From assembly GCA_014728035.1 (NCBI GenBank), contig WJMJ01000123.1, positions 1 to 64,000 on the forward strand: a DNA stretch of 64,000 nucleotides, read 5' to 3'. Every line of letters begins with the position of its first letter. The first letter of the stretch is position 1. Position numbers and translations under genes: made by a program. The DNA comes from Promethearchaeota archaeon. GTDB taxonomy: Archaea; Asgardarchaeota; Thorarchaeia; Thorarchaeales; Thorarchaeaceae. The notes below the pieces were generated by a model. That model saw nothing but the letters and a program-made list of their open reading frames with translations, searched no databases and was not told where the DNA came from. This document shows, one piece after another, positions 40,148 to 51,108 of this stretch.

Positions 40148-41284
40148 ATGGATATGAATCGCACGCCATATTTCATAATAGTACTTACAGTAGCATTATT
40201 GTTATCTGTAAGCTTATCTAATGCAGTGAAACCAAACTTGCAATCTGATAGCTCCCAGCTATCTGAATGGCCTGGAGGCCTCATTATTGATCATAATTGT
40301 ATAGACTTGGACAGCATTCCGTTGGAATGGATACAGGCAGCAAAGGACTCTGTGATTATTCATTATGCTCATACAAGTCACGGTAGCCAAATCAATACGG
40401 GTCTGAGCCGAATAGAGTCTATTAACTCGACATATGATACTAGTGTTGGAGTCTGTTCTCTTCCAGCAACGCTAGATTCACTCTGTATATTTGATGGACA
40501 GGATAATAATTCTGGAGACAACTACATCACTCCTGACGAGTACTGGGAATCCAATGCTGGGATTGATCTGACTCAAGGCACTTTGGATGAGAATCCCACA
40601 ATTAATGTATCATTGTGGTCCTGGTGTACACAATTGAATTATTACTCAGAAGGGCAAGTCGAAAATTATCTCGAAGTCATGAGTCACTTCGAAGATGCGA
40701 ATCCAGATGTGACCTTTGTGTATATGACTTGTAATGCTCAGGCTGGTGGTTCGGAGGGCTATAACCGATGGATAAACAATAACCTCATTCGTAATTATTG
40801 CATCCAAAATGATAAAATTCTCTTTGACTTTGCAGATCTTGATTCTTGGAGTGATGGAGAACAGAATACTTACCAATATGATGATGGAGAAAGTATTCAC
40901 ACCATTCCTATTGAGCATACTGATTTCAATGGCAATGAAGCTGGTCATACAACTTACTCTAGTTGTGAACAGAAAGGCAAAGCATTCTGGTGGTTAGTCG
41001 CAAGTATCGCTGGGTGGAACGCTCCTGATGTTACAACTACAACCACCACTGATACGAGTACAACTGAAACAACTACAACCACCACTGATACGAGTACAAC
41101 TATGCCACCATCAAGTGGAACCACATCGACAACAACAACTGCTACGACAACTTCTACCGCAGAAACTACAACAACGGTAAACTGGGATGATATACCTCTT
41201 AGAAATGAAGTATTCCTTGGAGCTGGATTGTTTTTGGCTGGGCTTGTTATATTGTCTGTTCTCTACGCACGACGAAATGGATAG
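40148..41284 (+). CDS. Exported protein (possible SGNH-like hydrolase) with Thr-rich stalk and TM anchor
   Basis: Signal peptide, YAHTSHGSQ, WSWC, LFDFAD, poly-Thr linker, C-terminal TM. Confidence 0.7.
   Translation: MDMNRTPYFIIVLTVALLLSVSLSNAVKPNLQSDSSQLSEWPGGLIIDHNCIDLDSIPLEWIQAAKDSVIIHYAHTSHGSQINTGLSRIESINSTYDTSVGVCSLPATLDSLCIFDGQDNNSGDNYITPDEYWESNAGIDLTQGTLDENPTINVSLWSWCTQLNYYSEGQVENYLEVMSHFEDANPDVTFVYMTCNAQAGGSEGYNRWINNNLIRNYCIQNDKILFDFADLDSWSDGEQNTYQYDDGESIHTIPIEHTDFNGNEAGHTTYSSCEQKGKAFWWLVASIAGWNAPDVTTTTTTDTSTTETTTTTTDTSTTMPPSSGTTSTTTTATTTSTAETTTTVNWDDIPLRNEVFLGAGLFLAGLVILSVLYARRNG
41033..41101 (+). repeat. Exact 33-nt direct repeat (36-nt period) in the Thr linker
   Basis: ACAACTACAACCACCACTGATACGAGTACAACT at 41033 and 41069. 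Confidence 0.85.
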
Positions 41285-41285
41285 C

Positions 41286-41333
41286 AAAGAAAAGAAAAAG
41301 ACGGCGGGAGCTCAAACCCCGCCTTATCTTTTT
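41286..41333. terminator. Bidirectional terminator
   Basis: A-tract, GGCGGG/CCCGCC stem, T-tract between convergent genes. Confidence 0.55.
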
Positions 41334-41341
41334 GTTAGAAT

Positions 41342-42586
41342 TTAGGCTTCATCATCTACTTCGATAGGTGATATGGAGTCAGTATGTCCATGTGCTTCTG
41401 GTAGGAAATAGGTGCCAATGCATGCTATGGAAATGAAGATTACCACTAGGATTCCTAGTCCCACAATCAATCCCCATGTATCATAGAAGAACTGTCCTGC
41501 TAATGGACCTATTATCATTCCTGAACCAAAGAAGATGCTGTAGACTCCCATTGTACTTCCTCGTGCATCAGCCTCGGAAATATCAGTTAGATACGCCATT
41601 GCAGCTGGAGGAAAGCCTCCCGCAACAAATCCAAGTACAGGTAGAAGTGGCCAGACACTCCACAACTGTTCAAAATGTTCTGCATTTGCAACTAGAAGGA
41701 AAGCCAATACCCCTAATGCAATCAGTCCAGAAACAATGAATGGACGCCGTTTTCTCAAGTGGTCTGAGAGGTGTCCCATGATGATAATACCAAGAACCAG
41801 TGAACCTCCAAGCATTGCGAAGAGTATCAGTATATCGGTTGCCTCAAGACTGAAATGGGTTTCAAGAATGTGTTCAGCTTTAGAAATCACGAGCCCATAA
41901 AGTGAGATGATTGGGACATAAACAGGAATCATTTTTTGAATTCTTTTGTCTTTTGCAACTTTGCTAAGTAATTCAATTATACTGGCTTCCTGTGTTGTTT
42001 CACATCTAGTCTCCTTGATGACAAGATATGCTATAACTCCAGCAATGGCACAAGCAATAGAAGCAGCGATGAGAATAAGATTCACATTGAATCCAAACTG
42101 AATGAGAATCATTCCAAGTCCATATCCACCAGCAAGCCCCATCAAAGTTGATAGGTCATAATACCCCATCAATCTAGCTCTGTCGTCCTCTCCAGAACAG
42201 TCTGCTATTATTGAGAGTGTAGTTGTTACCTTCGATGCTGCACCAATTCCAAAAAGTGCTGCAAATACAAATGCTAGAATAGCAAGTGGAGATATTGCAA
42301 ATAGAAAAGCTGCAATTGCCGTGATGAATAGGCTTGCAACTAAGATTGGTTTTCTTCCTATTTTATCACTGTACGATCCGAAGAACGAAACTGTACTCAG
42401 TTCAGCCAATGGATAGATTGCTAATACCATTGAAGCTCCCCAACCTACAAGTTCGCCACCCATGTAGAAATTACTCTGAATGACTGCAATTGTAGCATAG
42501 AAAGCAGCTCGCATGACCAAAGTCACAAAATATAATGTAATCAAAGTCCATTTGTTTTCGGAAGCTCTCAAGCCCATTATTTTCAC
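41342..42586 (-). CDS. MFS transporter
   Basis: GSYSDKIGRK motif A, 12 TM. Confidence 0.9.
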   Translation of the reverse strand: MKIMGLRASENKWTLITLYFVTLVMRAAFYATIAVIQSNFYMGGELVGWGASMVLAIYPLAELSTVSFFGSYSDKIGRKPILVASLFITAIAAFLFAISPLAILAFVFAALFGIGAASKVTTTLSIIADCSGEDDRARLMGYYDLSTLMGLAGGYGLGMILIQFGFNVNLILIAASIACAIAGVIAYLVIKETRCETTQEASIIELLSKVAKDKRIQKMIPVYVPIISLYGLVISKAEHILETHFSLEATDILILFAMLGGSLVLGIIIMGHLSDHLRKRRPFIVSGLIALGVLAFLLVANAEHFEQLWSVWPLLPVLGFVAGGFPPAAMAYLTDISEADARGSTMGVYSIFFGSGMIIGPLAGQFFYDTWGLIVGLGILVVIFISIACIGTYFLPEAHGHTDSISPIEVDDEA

Positions 42587-42646
42587 CTTGATGTTAGCAC
42601 TGACCTTACATTACGCTTTATAAGGCTCTCCCCATACCTGTTAGGT

Positions 42647-42988
42647 ATGTCAGACGGAACAACTGAATTTGTCTATCTTCAGCTCTATAGATTACGAACT
42701 ATGACGGACGAAGAGAAACACCAGTGGTTCAAAGATTGGGCTGAGATAAGAAAGAACCTCCCTAAAGGAGTGAAGATAGTGACTGAGGCTGGCAATGCAT
42801 TCGGAACTCCCTTTACTGGATTCACGGTTTATGAAGGCCCACTAGAAAAATTTGAAGAGTTAACAGAAATACTTCAGAAAAAATCAGGTCACATCGTTGA
42901 ACGATCGATGACGATAATGGGAACGAAGGGATTCACTCTGCCAAGTGCTAGTATCGAGAAGATTCTTTCAACTCGGCCGATAGATTAG
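42647..42988 (+). CDS. Hypothetical small alpha/beta protein (GYD/dimeric barrel-like)
   Basis: Clean ORF with TATA about 25 nt upstream. Confidence 0.65.
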   Translation: MSDGTTEFVYLQLYRLRTMTDEEKHQWFKDWAEIRKNLPKGVKIVTEAGNAFGTPFTGFTVYEGPLEKFEELTEILQKKSGHIVERSMTIMGTKGFTLPSASIEKILSTRPID

Positions 42989-43050
42989 ATTCTCGTTGCC
43001 GCAGTACCTCAGTTTTTTAACTATCTCTTTAAGGACCAGATACAGCAGAA

Positions 43051-44829
43051 TTGAGAGTGCCATTCATGACTGACGAGATTCCTAAAAAGACCGTTATTGT
43101 GCTGATAATCTCAGTTGTTGCTGGGTTGGTTTTGTATACCTATGCCCCTCCGTCAATTGAACCTGGTGCATATTCAGCAACACTTCACATCGAGTCAGAA
43201 GGGATTTCACTTCAGGATACATATTCTGTAGAATTTGCTGAAGGAATATCTTCAGAAGAACTCATGTTTTCATATAGTGGCACTTCTTCCAACATTACTA
43301 TAACGATAACTGAAAAGGTGAATATTGCTCCATCAAGTGAATTAGTAATTGTTGTTCATGTAATTGGTGATCCTCTTGACGCTGAGGACATTCATGTTAT
43401 CTTGGAAAATAATGATGGATTCTATCAAACTTTGCGACCCACAAAGCAAGATGGACAGACATTTACAATAGCATATCAGCCGCTTGTTAAATCGAATTAT
43501 GCAGTAATGATTCTTGGTGTAGTTGCCATTCTTTGGTTTTCAGAAGGAATAAGTTTGGTTGCAACATCAATACTGATACCAGTTATGATTGTGTTAGCAG
43601 ATATCAGAACACCGAAAGAAGCTCTTTTGCCCTTTTTTGATCCTGCTGTAGCACTGATTTTTGGTGGCTTTCTGATTGGTCGAGCTCTTACGAAATATGA
43701 ATTAGATAAGCGACTTGCTTTGCTAATTCTGTCAAGAAGTGCTGGGTCTGGATCATCCCTGCTTCTGACTGTAATGGGTGTTACTGCTTTTCTCTCAATG
43801 TGGATTAGTAATACAGCGTCGGCTGCAATAATGATCCCTATTGCGTTAGCAGTAATATCGAAGATTCGAAGTGATAATGTAAGAGACAAATATGGGAAGG
43901 CATTGGTACTTGGAGTTGCTTATTCTGCAACCTTGGGGGGTGTTGCCAGCTTGGTGGGATCGCCGCCGAACCCTCTAGCTGCCACTTACATCAAGTCATT
44001 TCTTGGTATTGAATTCTCATTCGTTAGCTGGATACCCTTTGGCTTACCAGTAGTTCTCATCATGCTACCAATTATCTGGAGATATATCATATTCCGTTTC
44101 AAACTACCAAAAGACATCGAGGAGATGCGTGAGCTCAAACATATTTCTCTAAACGAGTATCTGCGTCTTGGTCCAATGACTAACCAGCAAAAAATTGTTG
44201 TTCTGGTATTTTCAAGTGTAATTGTACTATGGCTTACAGAACAATTACCCGATGTCGTGTCCAACTTGATAGGATGGTCTGGGCATGGAATTTCAAGTTC
44301 CATTGTTGCATTACTGGGTGGATTATCTCTATTGGTTCTTAAGTTGCTTGATGAGAAAGACGTATCATCAGAAATCAGCTGGTCATCACTATTGATTCTA
44401 GGTTCAGGGATTGCTTTGGGTGGTGCAATGATTGATACAGGACTTTCAACATTTTTAGCTTTTCAGATGGGAGGCCTTGGAGTATTGCCATCTTTGGCGG
44501 TTGTTGTCATTATTGGGATAATTGCGGTACTGGTTACCATGGTAGCATCCAATACTGGAGCTGCTGTCATCTTGATTCCAATCGCAATACCTCTTGCCAC
44601 TGGACTTGGTATCGATCCATTGCTCATCACGATGGTTATAGCTATAGCTGTATCGATGGACTTCGCACTACCAACAGGAACTCCTCCCTCAACAATTGCC
44701 TATAGCACAGGAAAACTAGAAATTCGTGAAATGATATCTACTGGATTGGTAGTAGATTTGATTTCAGTACTAGTAGTTACAATAATTGCTGTGTGGTTGT
44801 GGTCACTCTTTGGACTTGTAGTCTTATAG
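43051..44829 (+). CDS. DASS/SLC13 anion symporter with extracellular beta insert
   Basis: ISNTAS, GSPPN, ASNTG, P.GTPP. Confidence 0.9.
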   Translation: MRVPFMTDEIPKKTVIVLIISVVAGLVLYTYAPPSIEPGAYSATLHIESEGISLQDTYSVEFAEGISSEELMFSYSGTSSNITITITEKVNIAPSSELVIVVHVIGDPLDAEDIHVILENNDGFYQTLRPTKQDGQTFTIAYQPLVKSNYAVMILGVVAILWFSEGISLVATSILIPVMIVLADIRTPKEALLPFFDPAVALIFGGFLIGRALTKYELDKRLALLILSRSAGSGSSLLLTVMGVTAFLSMWISNTASAAIMIPIALAVISKIRSDNVRDKYGKALVLGVAYSATLGGVASLVGSPPNPLAATYIKSFLGIEFSFVSWIPFGLPVVLIMLPIIWRYIIFRFKLPKDIEEMRELKHISLNEYLRLGPMTNQQKIVVLVFSSVIVLWLTEQLPDVVSNLIGWSGHGISSSIVALLGGLSLLVLKLLDEKDVSSEISWSSLLILGSGIALGGAMIDTGLSTFLAFQMGGLGVLPSLAVVVIIGIIAVLVTMVASNTGAAVILIPIAIPLATGLGIDPLLITMVIAIAVSMDFALPTGTPPSTIAYSTGKLEIREMISTGLVVDLISVLVVTIIAVWLWSLFGLVVL

Positions 44830-44889
44830 TGTTGATTCACGACAGCTTTAAATCAAATAGTAAACCGAGTTAGACCGAGTTGAATAGGC

Positions 44890-45651
44890 ATGAATTGGAT
44901 AGCAAAGATAATTCACGGAAAAGCTGATGAATTTGCTCACGCTAGATTAGTGAAGTTCGGAATGGGTCAACACATTGGTCCACGTGCAGAATTGAGAATC
45001 ACATCTTCCAGAATTACTTTCAAAGTAGATATGGACCTTGAAAAAGCAATGCTCGAGACCTATCTAAGAACTGGACCTGAAGGGTCACATAAAGTAAAGG
45101 GTAGTATTATCACATATGAAGATAGAAGAGAGGAGTTTGCTGCTCTGAACATGCCTCTTGAATTCAAGAAGAAAAAGAAGAAGGGTGGTGCTTTCACATT
45201 TCAAGCAAAATTCAATGAACAAGCACCAAAAGAGGATATTCATGCATTGCTCAAAATTGCTGACTCTGAGACCTTCTATCTTATGAATTTGAGTCCGAAG
45301 CCTGCGAAGCAGCCATGGAAGCTCACGACGAAATCTCGTCCACAAAAACCAATTGCTGAATTAGAAGATGCCAAAGCTCCTAACTTTTGCACTGGTGCAT
45401 TCGATAATACTGATGAAGTGAAGGAAACTCTTTTTGAGGAATTATTTCCTGATGCGAAGGATAAAGTCACAGAAGATGCAAAATCCATCAAGATTCTGAA
45501 TATGCTACATATTGAGGAAATTGAGATTCCCAAAGATCCGAATATGTCATTTAAAGAGAAACGAAAGCAAGCTAAGAAACGTGGAAAGTTAGTTAGAACT
45601 GTTGATATCGATGGGGAAGAGCATACTTTCGAATACGAGTTCTTTGTCTAA
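44890..45651 (+). CDS. Basic hypothetical protein
   Basis: 253-aa ORF, K-rich, TATA upstream. Confidence 0.75.
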   Translation: MNWIAKIIHGKADEFAHARLVKFGMGQHIGPRAELRITSSRITFKVDMDLEKAMLETYLRTGPEGSHKVKGSIITYEDRREEFAALNMPLEFKKKKKKGGAFTFQAKFNEQAPKEDIHALLKIADSETFYLMNLSPKPAKQPWKLTTKSRPQKPIAELEDAKAPNFCTGAFDNTDEVKETLFEELFPDAKDKVTEDAKSIKILNMLHIEEIEIPKDPNMSFKEKRKQAKKRGKLVRTVDIDGEEHTFEYEFFV

Positions 45652-45730
45652 TGCAAAAGCTGAACGACCGTGATGTTTAAATTGACTAGTCATTGGGAGA
45701 ATTAACTACCGGACAAAAGAGGAATCATAA

Positions 45731-45934
45731 ATGCTTCAGATTATTGTTGAAACTCTGTATATCTACTTTGCAGCAGCCTTCATCCTATTTGGGATGATGG
45801 CCTTCGGATGGCTTATTATTCATGTTGAACACGGTCGTCATCTCTCTCTCCCAAGAGTAATAATGTCCGGTATCTTCGCAGCCATCTTCCTTGGTTTCGG
45901 TCTTCATTTCCTCCTCCTTTCATTCATATTGTAA
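45731..45934 (+). CDS. OST5/TMEM258-like oligosaccharyltransferase accessory subunit
   Basis: Two TM helices, G....W in TM1, AAIFLGFGLHFLLL resembling ASLFMGFGVLFLLL of TMEM258. Confidence 0.65.
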   Translation: MLQIIVETLYIYFAAAFILFGMMAFGWLIIHVEHGRHLSLPRVIMSGIFAAIFLGFGLHFLLLSFIL

Positions 45935-46065
45935 TTTAGGATTCTCTCATTCTATCTATTATATGGATGATTTTTAGAAAGAGTACACACAATAAACATA
46001 TTTTATCATAATAGGATACTCAAGCATGACTCATACGAGTCAAATTCAGGATAGAGGAGTATCCA

Positions 46066-47253
46066 TTGCAAACTGATACAGACCTTGAGAAAATTGCAGT
46101 TTCGAGTAGAAAGCGACTCACTAGAGAATTTGCTGAAAAATACACGAATTTGCAGGAGCGTTCACGAAGAATTCCAATTTCTGATGTGAAACAGATAGCA
46201 GAAGATTTCTCATGTCCACTACAGATTGCAATGATTTCTTATTTGGTTAATCTTGATGGTATTATTTCACTTAAAGAGGCTATACTCTATCTGATGACTG
46301 AATTGAATCGACGAGCCTCTGTTGGTGTAGAGGTGCCCAACATTCCTGGGAATATCATGGAGTTCGCTTTGCTGGAGGGGCGCTGGCTCGTTTATGTTTA
46401 CGGAACTTTCATTCGTGATTTTGAGTTTAAGATGCGCGAATTAGCTAACCTTGAAGGGGCTATTGATGAGACCAATATATCCTTAGAAAAGGCAATACAT
46501 GTCAATGCATCTAGAACAAAACTAGCTGAAGGATATCTTGCTCCAGTTGTTGAGGCATGGATTAAAGACCATCCTAATTCCAATAGTGAAAATGCATTGA
46601 TGTTCTTGGGTCCTGCAATCACAAAATGGAAAATTGCCACACTAAAAGGACGCGTTCTTCACCTCCGTAGGCGTTGTCAAGCATTATTCAGGGTTCTAAG
46701 AAAAGCAATGGATGGACCATCAGAATCTGCAACTATTGATGTTTCATTGAAAAGAATCGACCAACTTATACAAGACTTGGATTCTGAATTGAATAGCATG
46801 CCCATTCGCGCTCTCTCTCATCTTCTTTTACATATTGCACCGAAGCCTACTGGACGAGGTGACAAGTCCTCATTTGTTGAAGTAGGTGCTGGATCGACAA
46901 GAGGTGGAAAAAGTGAGCCTGATATGGTATCGCCTTTTGACTTTCTAGAACGAGATGTGTATTTAGCAAAAAGGAGAACAAAGGAAGAACGGATGAATTA
47001 TCTCACAGAGAGAATTGACCGGGTTGTACGCGTTTTGCTATATCAGGGAACACCACTCATTAATTGTGTGATGATGTGTGTCAAAGAAATGAACGAACGA
47101 TTGAAAATAGCTAATCCGCCTCTTGAGGAATTGGAGGATAAGTTCGAACAAAAATTGAATGATTTACCATCCGATCAACGGAACGCATTAGCTGTAGAAC
47201 TAATTTATGATTATATCAATGAATATGTATACGAGGAAACGAAAGTTGATTGA
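46066..47253 (+). CDS. Hypothetical all-helical protein
   Basis: 395-aa ORF, SD GAGGAG, TTG start. Confidence 0.75.
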   Translation: MQTDTDLEKIAVSSRKRLTREFAEKYTNLQERSRRIPISDVKQIAEDFSCPLQIAMISYLVNLDGIISLKEAILYLMTELNRRASVGVEVPNIPGNIMEFALLEGRWLVYVYGTFIRDFEFKMRELANLEGAIDETNISLEKAIHVNASRTKLAEGYLAPVVEAWIKDHPNSNSENALMFLGPAITKWKIATLKGRVLHLRRRCQALFRVLRKAMDGPSESATIDVSLKRIDQLIQDLDSELNSMPIRALSHLLLHIAPKPTGRGDKSSFVEVGAGSTRGGKSEPDMVSPFDFLERDVYLAKRRTKEERMNYLTERIDRVVRVLLYQGTPLINCVMMCVKEMNERLKIANPPLEELEDKFEQKLNDLPSDQRNALAVELIYDYINEYVYEETKVD

Positions 47254-48019
47254 TAGTGCTCCACTCTACTGGTTACTTGATGTTGAATCCTTTGATTATG
47301 ATGTTGGGATTTTTCGTGATGCTGATCTGTCTGGAAAAGCATTGATTATTTCCCGGCAGTTGTGGTCTCTTCTCAGAGGATCTACTGTGATTTCTGGTCT
47401 AATAGGTCCTGGAATCTTTAAGGGTGTGGCAGAAAGTGGTAATCGTCGAATGGACATCATGAAACCTATTTGTGCACTGCTGTTTGATCCTACCGAACTT
47501 AGAATGGACGAACCCGTACCAGCGGTCGATATCATCAATCCCGAGGTAATAGACCCTCTTGGATCTGTTGAAGAAGAAGAGATTGTTACAGTTTTACGAG
47601 AATTAGTTCTAGAGAAAGGTAACGTATTAGCCGAGAGCCCAGTTGCAAAGATCAAGGGTGACACATCAGTTCCTCGAACTATTCACTATAGAGAAATGGT
47701 AAAAAAGATCAGAGTATCTCATGTTTCTGGAGTTATGCGGGCTAAATTCATTCTTGGTGGTGCAAATGGACCAATGTACAAGAAACTAGTCACTACTTTT
47801 GAATCACGTGGATATATGAATCCAGAACGTCTTGAGGTAATGGCAACAAATGAACGTGTATTCAATAGATTCACAGATGAAGAAGCTATGGGTGAATGGA
47901 TGATTGTTGAACGGTCCGGTTTTGATACATCTGTCGGAATTGATGCTTTCCGTGCAGAATATGACGAAACTTTGAAAGTAATCAAGAAAAATGTTGATGA
48001 GTTCATCTATGAGATATGA
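47246..48019 (+). CDS. Hypothetical protein
   Basis: Overlaps the upstream stop; probable TTG start after GAGGA. Confidence 0.7.
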   Translation: MIDSAPLYWLLDVESFDYDVGIFRDADLSGKALIISRQLWSLLRGSTVISGLIGPGIFKGVAESGNRRMDIMKPICALLFDPTELRMDEPVPAVDIINPEVIDPLGSVEEEEIVTVLRELVLEKGNVLAESPVAKIKGDTSVPRTIHYREMVKKIRVSHVSGVMRAKFILGGANGPMYKKLVTTFESRGYMNPERLEVMATNERVFNRFTDEEAMGEWMIVERSGFDTSVGIDAFRAEYDETLKVIKKNVDEFIYEI

Positions 48020-48035
48020 ATAGACCAAAAGAGTT

Positions 48036-50723
48036 TTGCAGAGTAATTTTCTCGCTTGCAAGAGGCCCATTACAGTGGAGGTTGCAGATGCTGATATTCA
48101 GAGGCGGCTTGCCAAACCATATTCTCTTGTACTACGTGATGCTAGGCAAGAAATGAGTGCAACTATCGAGCTCTTTTCTGATGTATTAAGAGACCGTCAG
48201 CGTCGCTATCTTGGTGGAATGATTGAATTTGGTAGAAAAGGAAATGGATTACTAGAAGTACGTCGAATGTGGTTTGTGAAATATAACAAACCAGTATATT
48301 TTCAGCCAAAGGAAGTCCATCAAATTCTTAGAAAAGCTAAACACATATTGGTGCCAAAGAAGCATAAACCTCCTTTCATGCGAGACCTACAGGATTTTCT
48401 AAAAAGAATGCAAGCACGAAAAGCTCGTGTAATCCCAGTTTGCGAAAGCTGTATTCGAAATGATCGTCTTACTATTCTCTCAAAAAGAAATGTTGTCAAA
48501 GTTTCTACAAATGAGGTTGCATGTCTTTCGTGTGCACGTTCGGATATGCATATAGACCTAAAATCAATAGGTGCTAAACTCTCAAAACCTATGCTAAGAT
48601 ATATGGACCATCAACTCTCTCGTGTCAAATCTGTTACAGAAGTTGTTGAATTACTAAAACCTGGCTTTGACCCAGTCTATAATTCTGAAATAACGATGTA
48701 TGATGAGTTACAAGCTGGCAAGCTTGTTGAAGGTCGTAGTATAGATGACCTTGATATTCCTGATAAGCTCAAAGACATTCTAAAAGAAGATGGATTGAAG
48801 CAACTCCTTCCTGTTCAGGAACTAGTAGTGGAAGCTGGATTATTGAAGGGAGAAGACCTGCTTATTGTATCATCCACTTCATCAGGAAAAACACTTCTTG
48901 GAGAGCTTGCAGGGATACCACAAGCACTTGAAGGTAAGAAGTTAATTTATCTTTCACCACTAGTTGCTCTTACCAATGAGAAATACAATGCATTTCGAAA
49001 ACGTTACAAAAAATTGGGGCTTCGCGTTGGTATCCGAGTAGGTATGTCTCGAATTGATATTGGAAAAGATGGAAAGGTAATAGTTGATACTGATGTTAGA
49101 AAAGCACAGGTTATTTGTGCAACTTATGAAGCTCTGGATCTTCTATTCCGATCTGGTGAAAATAAGCAGATTGGAGATATTGGTACCATCATTGTTGATG
49201 AAATCCAGAATCTAGCTGAAGAAGAACGAGGACCCGAATTAGATGGGTTGTTAGCTAGAATGCGGTTCCATTACCCGAAAGCACAAGTTCTTGCTCTTTC
49301 AGCTACAGTCGGGTCTCCAGAGCAATTAGCCAAGGAACTTAAACTCAAACTTGTTGAATATCATGGGAGACCTGTTCCCCTAGAACGACATCTAGTTTTC
49401 GCTCGAAATGATGAGGATAAGAGAAGAATCATTCGTCGTCTTGTGGATGCAGAGTTCAGAACTAAGAGTAGCTCAGGCAACAAAGGGCAATCAATTATTT
49501 TCACATTTTCTCGACGACGAGCTCATTCTATAAGCGATTGGTTACGTGAACATGGAATTCGTAGCGCTGTGTATCACGGTGGGCTGTCTTATAACAAGCG
49601 AAGAAGTGTAGAGTATTCATATGCAAAACAGAGGTATCCGTGTGTCGTCACAACTGCTGCATTGGGTGCAGGGGTTGACCTTCCTGCATCTCAGGTTATA
49701 TTCGAATCTCTGGCTATGGGTGCAGATTGGATTTCTACTGCTGAGTTTGAACAAATGCTTGGTAGAGCTGGTAGACTCGGTAAACACGATAGAGGACGTG
49801 TATACTTGATAGTACAGCCTGAACGGAAGTATCATGGAGGGCAAGATAAATACGAGGACGAGATAGCAACTGAACTCCTAGCTGGCGATATTGAGAATGT
49901 TGAACCATTTGCTGATACAGAACGATGTGCAGAACAGATACTTGCAACGATTTGTTCAACAGGATTGACTGAACTAAAATCAGTTGCCAGATTTTACAAG
50001 CAAATGCTATCAGCTACAGTTCCTCCTTCCGATGCACTCAAACATTTAGTTCGAACTCATATGATTCGAGTCAGAGAGGGTGGAGCTCATCCTACCGACC
50101 TTGGAAAAGCCACCTCTATTTCCTTCTTAACGCCATCAGAAGGATTTGATGTTGCAAAGCACGTCAAAACTATGGATACACTTGAAATCGCAATCAAGTT
50201 ATCTCCTTTTGAAAATGCATATCTTAGCAATAAATTACAGCAGGAGGTTAATGCAGCTTTTAAGACATATATGCCAACACGTCTTTTCTCTGGTGTTTTT
50301 TCTGATATTAGCAATGTAGGAACTCCTGGTACTGGTGCATCTCGATTGCCTCCTTGGGTCTTCAGTATATTTGGAAAATGGGCTCAGACATTCTTCAAAT
50401 GTGAATGCAAAATGTATCCCGATTGTGACCATGGGAAAATAGAATTTGGAAAGTGGGTAGTTGAAAGACGCAAGGAAGGTCTCAACCCAACTGGAATTGC
50501 AAGAGAATTACGAAAGGAATTTGAAATATGGGTTTATCCTGGAGATATATTCTCTTGGCTCGATTCCTTAATCCATCACCTGAAAGCGGTGCAACGTGTA
50601 GCAAAGGTTGCTGGTGAAACGGATATCAACGAAGAAATAGAAGAACAGATTGCTAGGATTGAGAAACCCAAACAAGAATCTGACAAAAAGCAAGAAACTG
50701 AACAGAAAGAAGAAACAGAGTGA
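48036..50723 (+). CDS. Archaea-specific SF2 helicase (COG1202/ASH-Ski2-like)
   Basis: TSSGKT, DEIQ, LSAT, RPVPLERH, QMLGRAGR; N- and C-terminal Cys clusters; start uncertain. Confidence 0.88.
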   Translation: MQSNFLACKRPITVEVADADIQRRLAKPYSLVLRDARQEMSATIELFSDVLRDRQRRYLGGMIEFGRKGNGLLEVRRMWFVKYNKPVYFQPKEVHQILRKAKHILVPKKHKPPFMRDLQDFLKRMQARKARVIPVCESCIRNDRLTILSKRNVVKVSTNEVACLSCARSDMHIDLKSIGAKLSKPMLRYMDHQLSRVKSVTEVVELLKPGFDPVYNSEITMYDELQAGKLVEGRSIDDLDIPDKLKDILKEDGLKQLLPVQELVVEAGLLKGEDLLIVSSTSSGKTLLGELAGIPQALEGKKLIYLSPLVALTNEKYNAFRKRYKKLGLRVGIRVGMSRIDIGKDGKVIVDTDVRKAQVICATYEALDLLFRSGENKQIGDIGTIIVDEIQNLAEEERGPELDGLLARMRFHYPKAQVLALSATVGSPEQLAKELKLKLVEYHGRPVPLERHLVFARNDEDKRRIIRRLVDAEFRTKSSSGNKGQSIIFTFSRRRAHSISDWLREHGIRSAVYHGGLSYNKRRSVEYSYAKQRYPCVVTTAALGAGVDLPASQVIFESLAMGADWISTAEFEQMLGRAGRLGKHDRGRVYLIVQPERKYHGGQDKYEDEIATELLAGDIENVEPFADTERCAEQILATICSTGLTELKSVARFYKQMLSATVPPSDALKHLVRTHMIRVREGGAHPTDLGKATSISFLTPSEGFDVAKHVKTMDTLEIAIKLSPFENAYLSNKLQQEVNAAFKTYMPTRLFSGVFSDISNVGTPGTGASRLPPWVFSIFGKWAQTFFKCECKMYPDCDHGKIEFGKWVVERRKEGLNPTGIARELRKEFEIWVYPGDIFSWLDSLIHHLKAVQRVAKVAGETDINEEIEEQIARIEKPKQESDKKQETEQKEETE

Positions 50724-50734
50724 TTTTTTTAAAA

Positions 50735-50995
50735 TCACTCCTCTGTTTCAAAACGAACACGAATATTATAGACCTGATCTGGAGTTAGTGCATCAAGATT
50801 CACATCTATCCAATTGTGAAGGTCTTGTCGAATCATCTCTTTTGTGGGTAAACCACTTGTCATTCCAATAGGTTCCTGTTCAACTAACTGAAAGCTTGTA
50901 CATCCACATGGACAAGCTCCATCAAGGACCATATCGATATCGGCAGAGGTATTACCACAATTTCTGCATTTGAATATCATTGTCAATCTCTCCAT
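50735..50995 (-). CDS. Small zinc-ribbon protein (OapC/DUF2072-like)
   Basis: CRNCG...CPCGCTSF. Confidence 0.6.
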   Translation of the reverse strand: MERLTMIFKCRNCGNTSADIDMVLDGACPCGCTSFQLVEQEPIGMTSGLPTKEMIRQDLHNWIDVNLDALTPDQVYNIRVRFETEE

Positions 50996-51108
50996 TTTAG
51001 ATTGATACCAATCTAACTATGAGAGTTGGTACAGCTGAGGTAATACTCACTTCCACAGGGGACAGACTTATCTATCATATTACATGGCGATAAATTGGGG
51101 CAAGTTCT

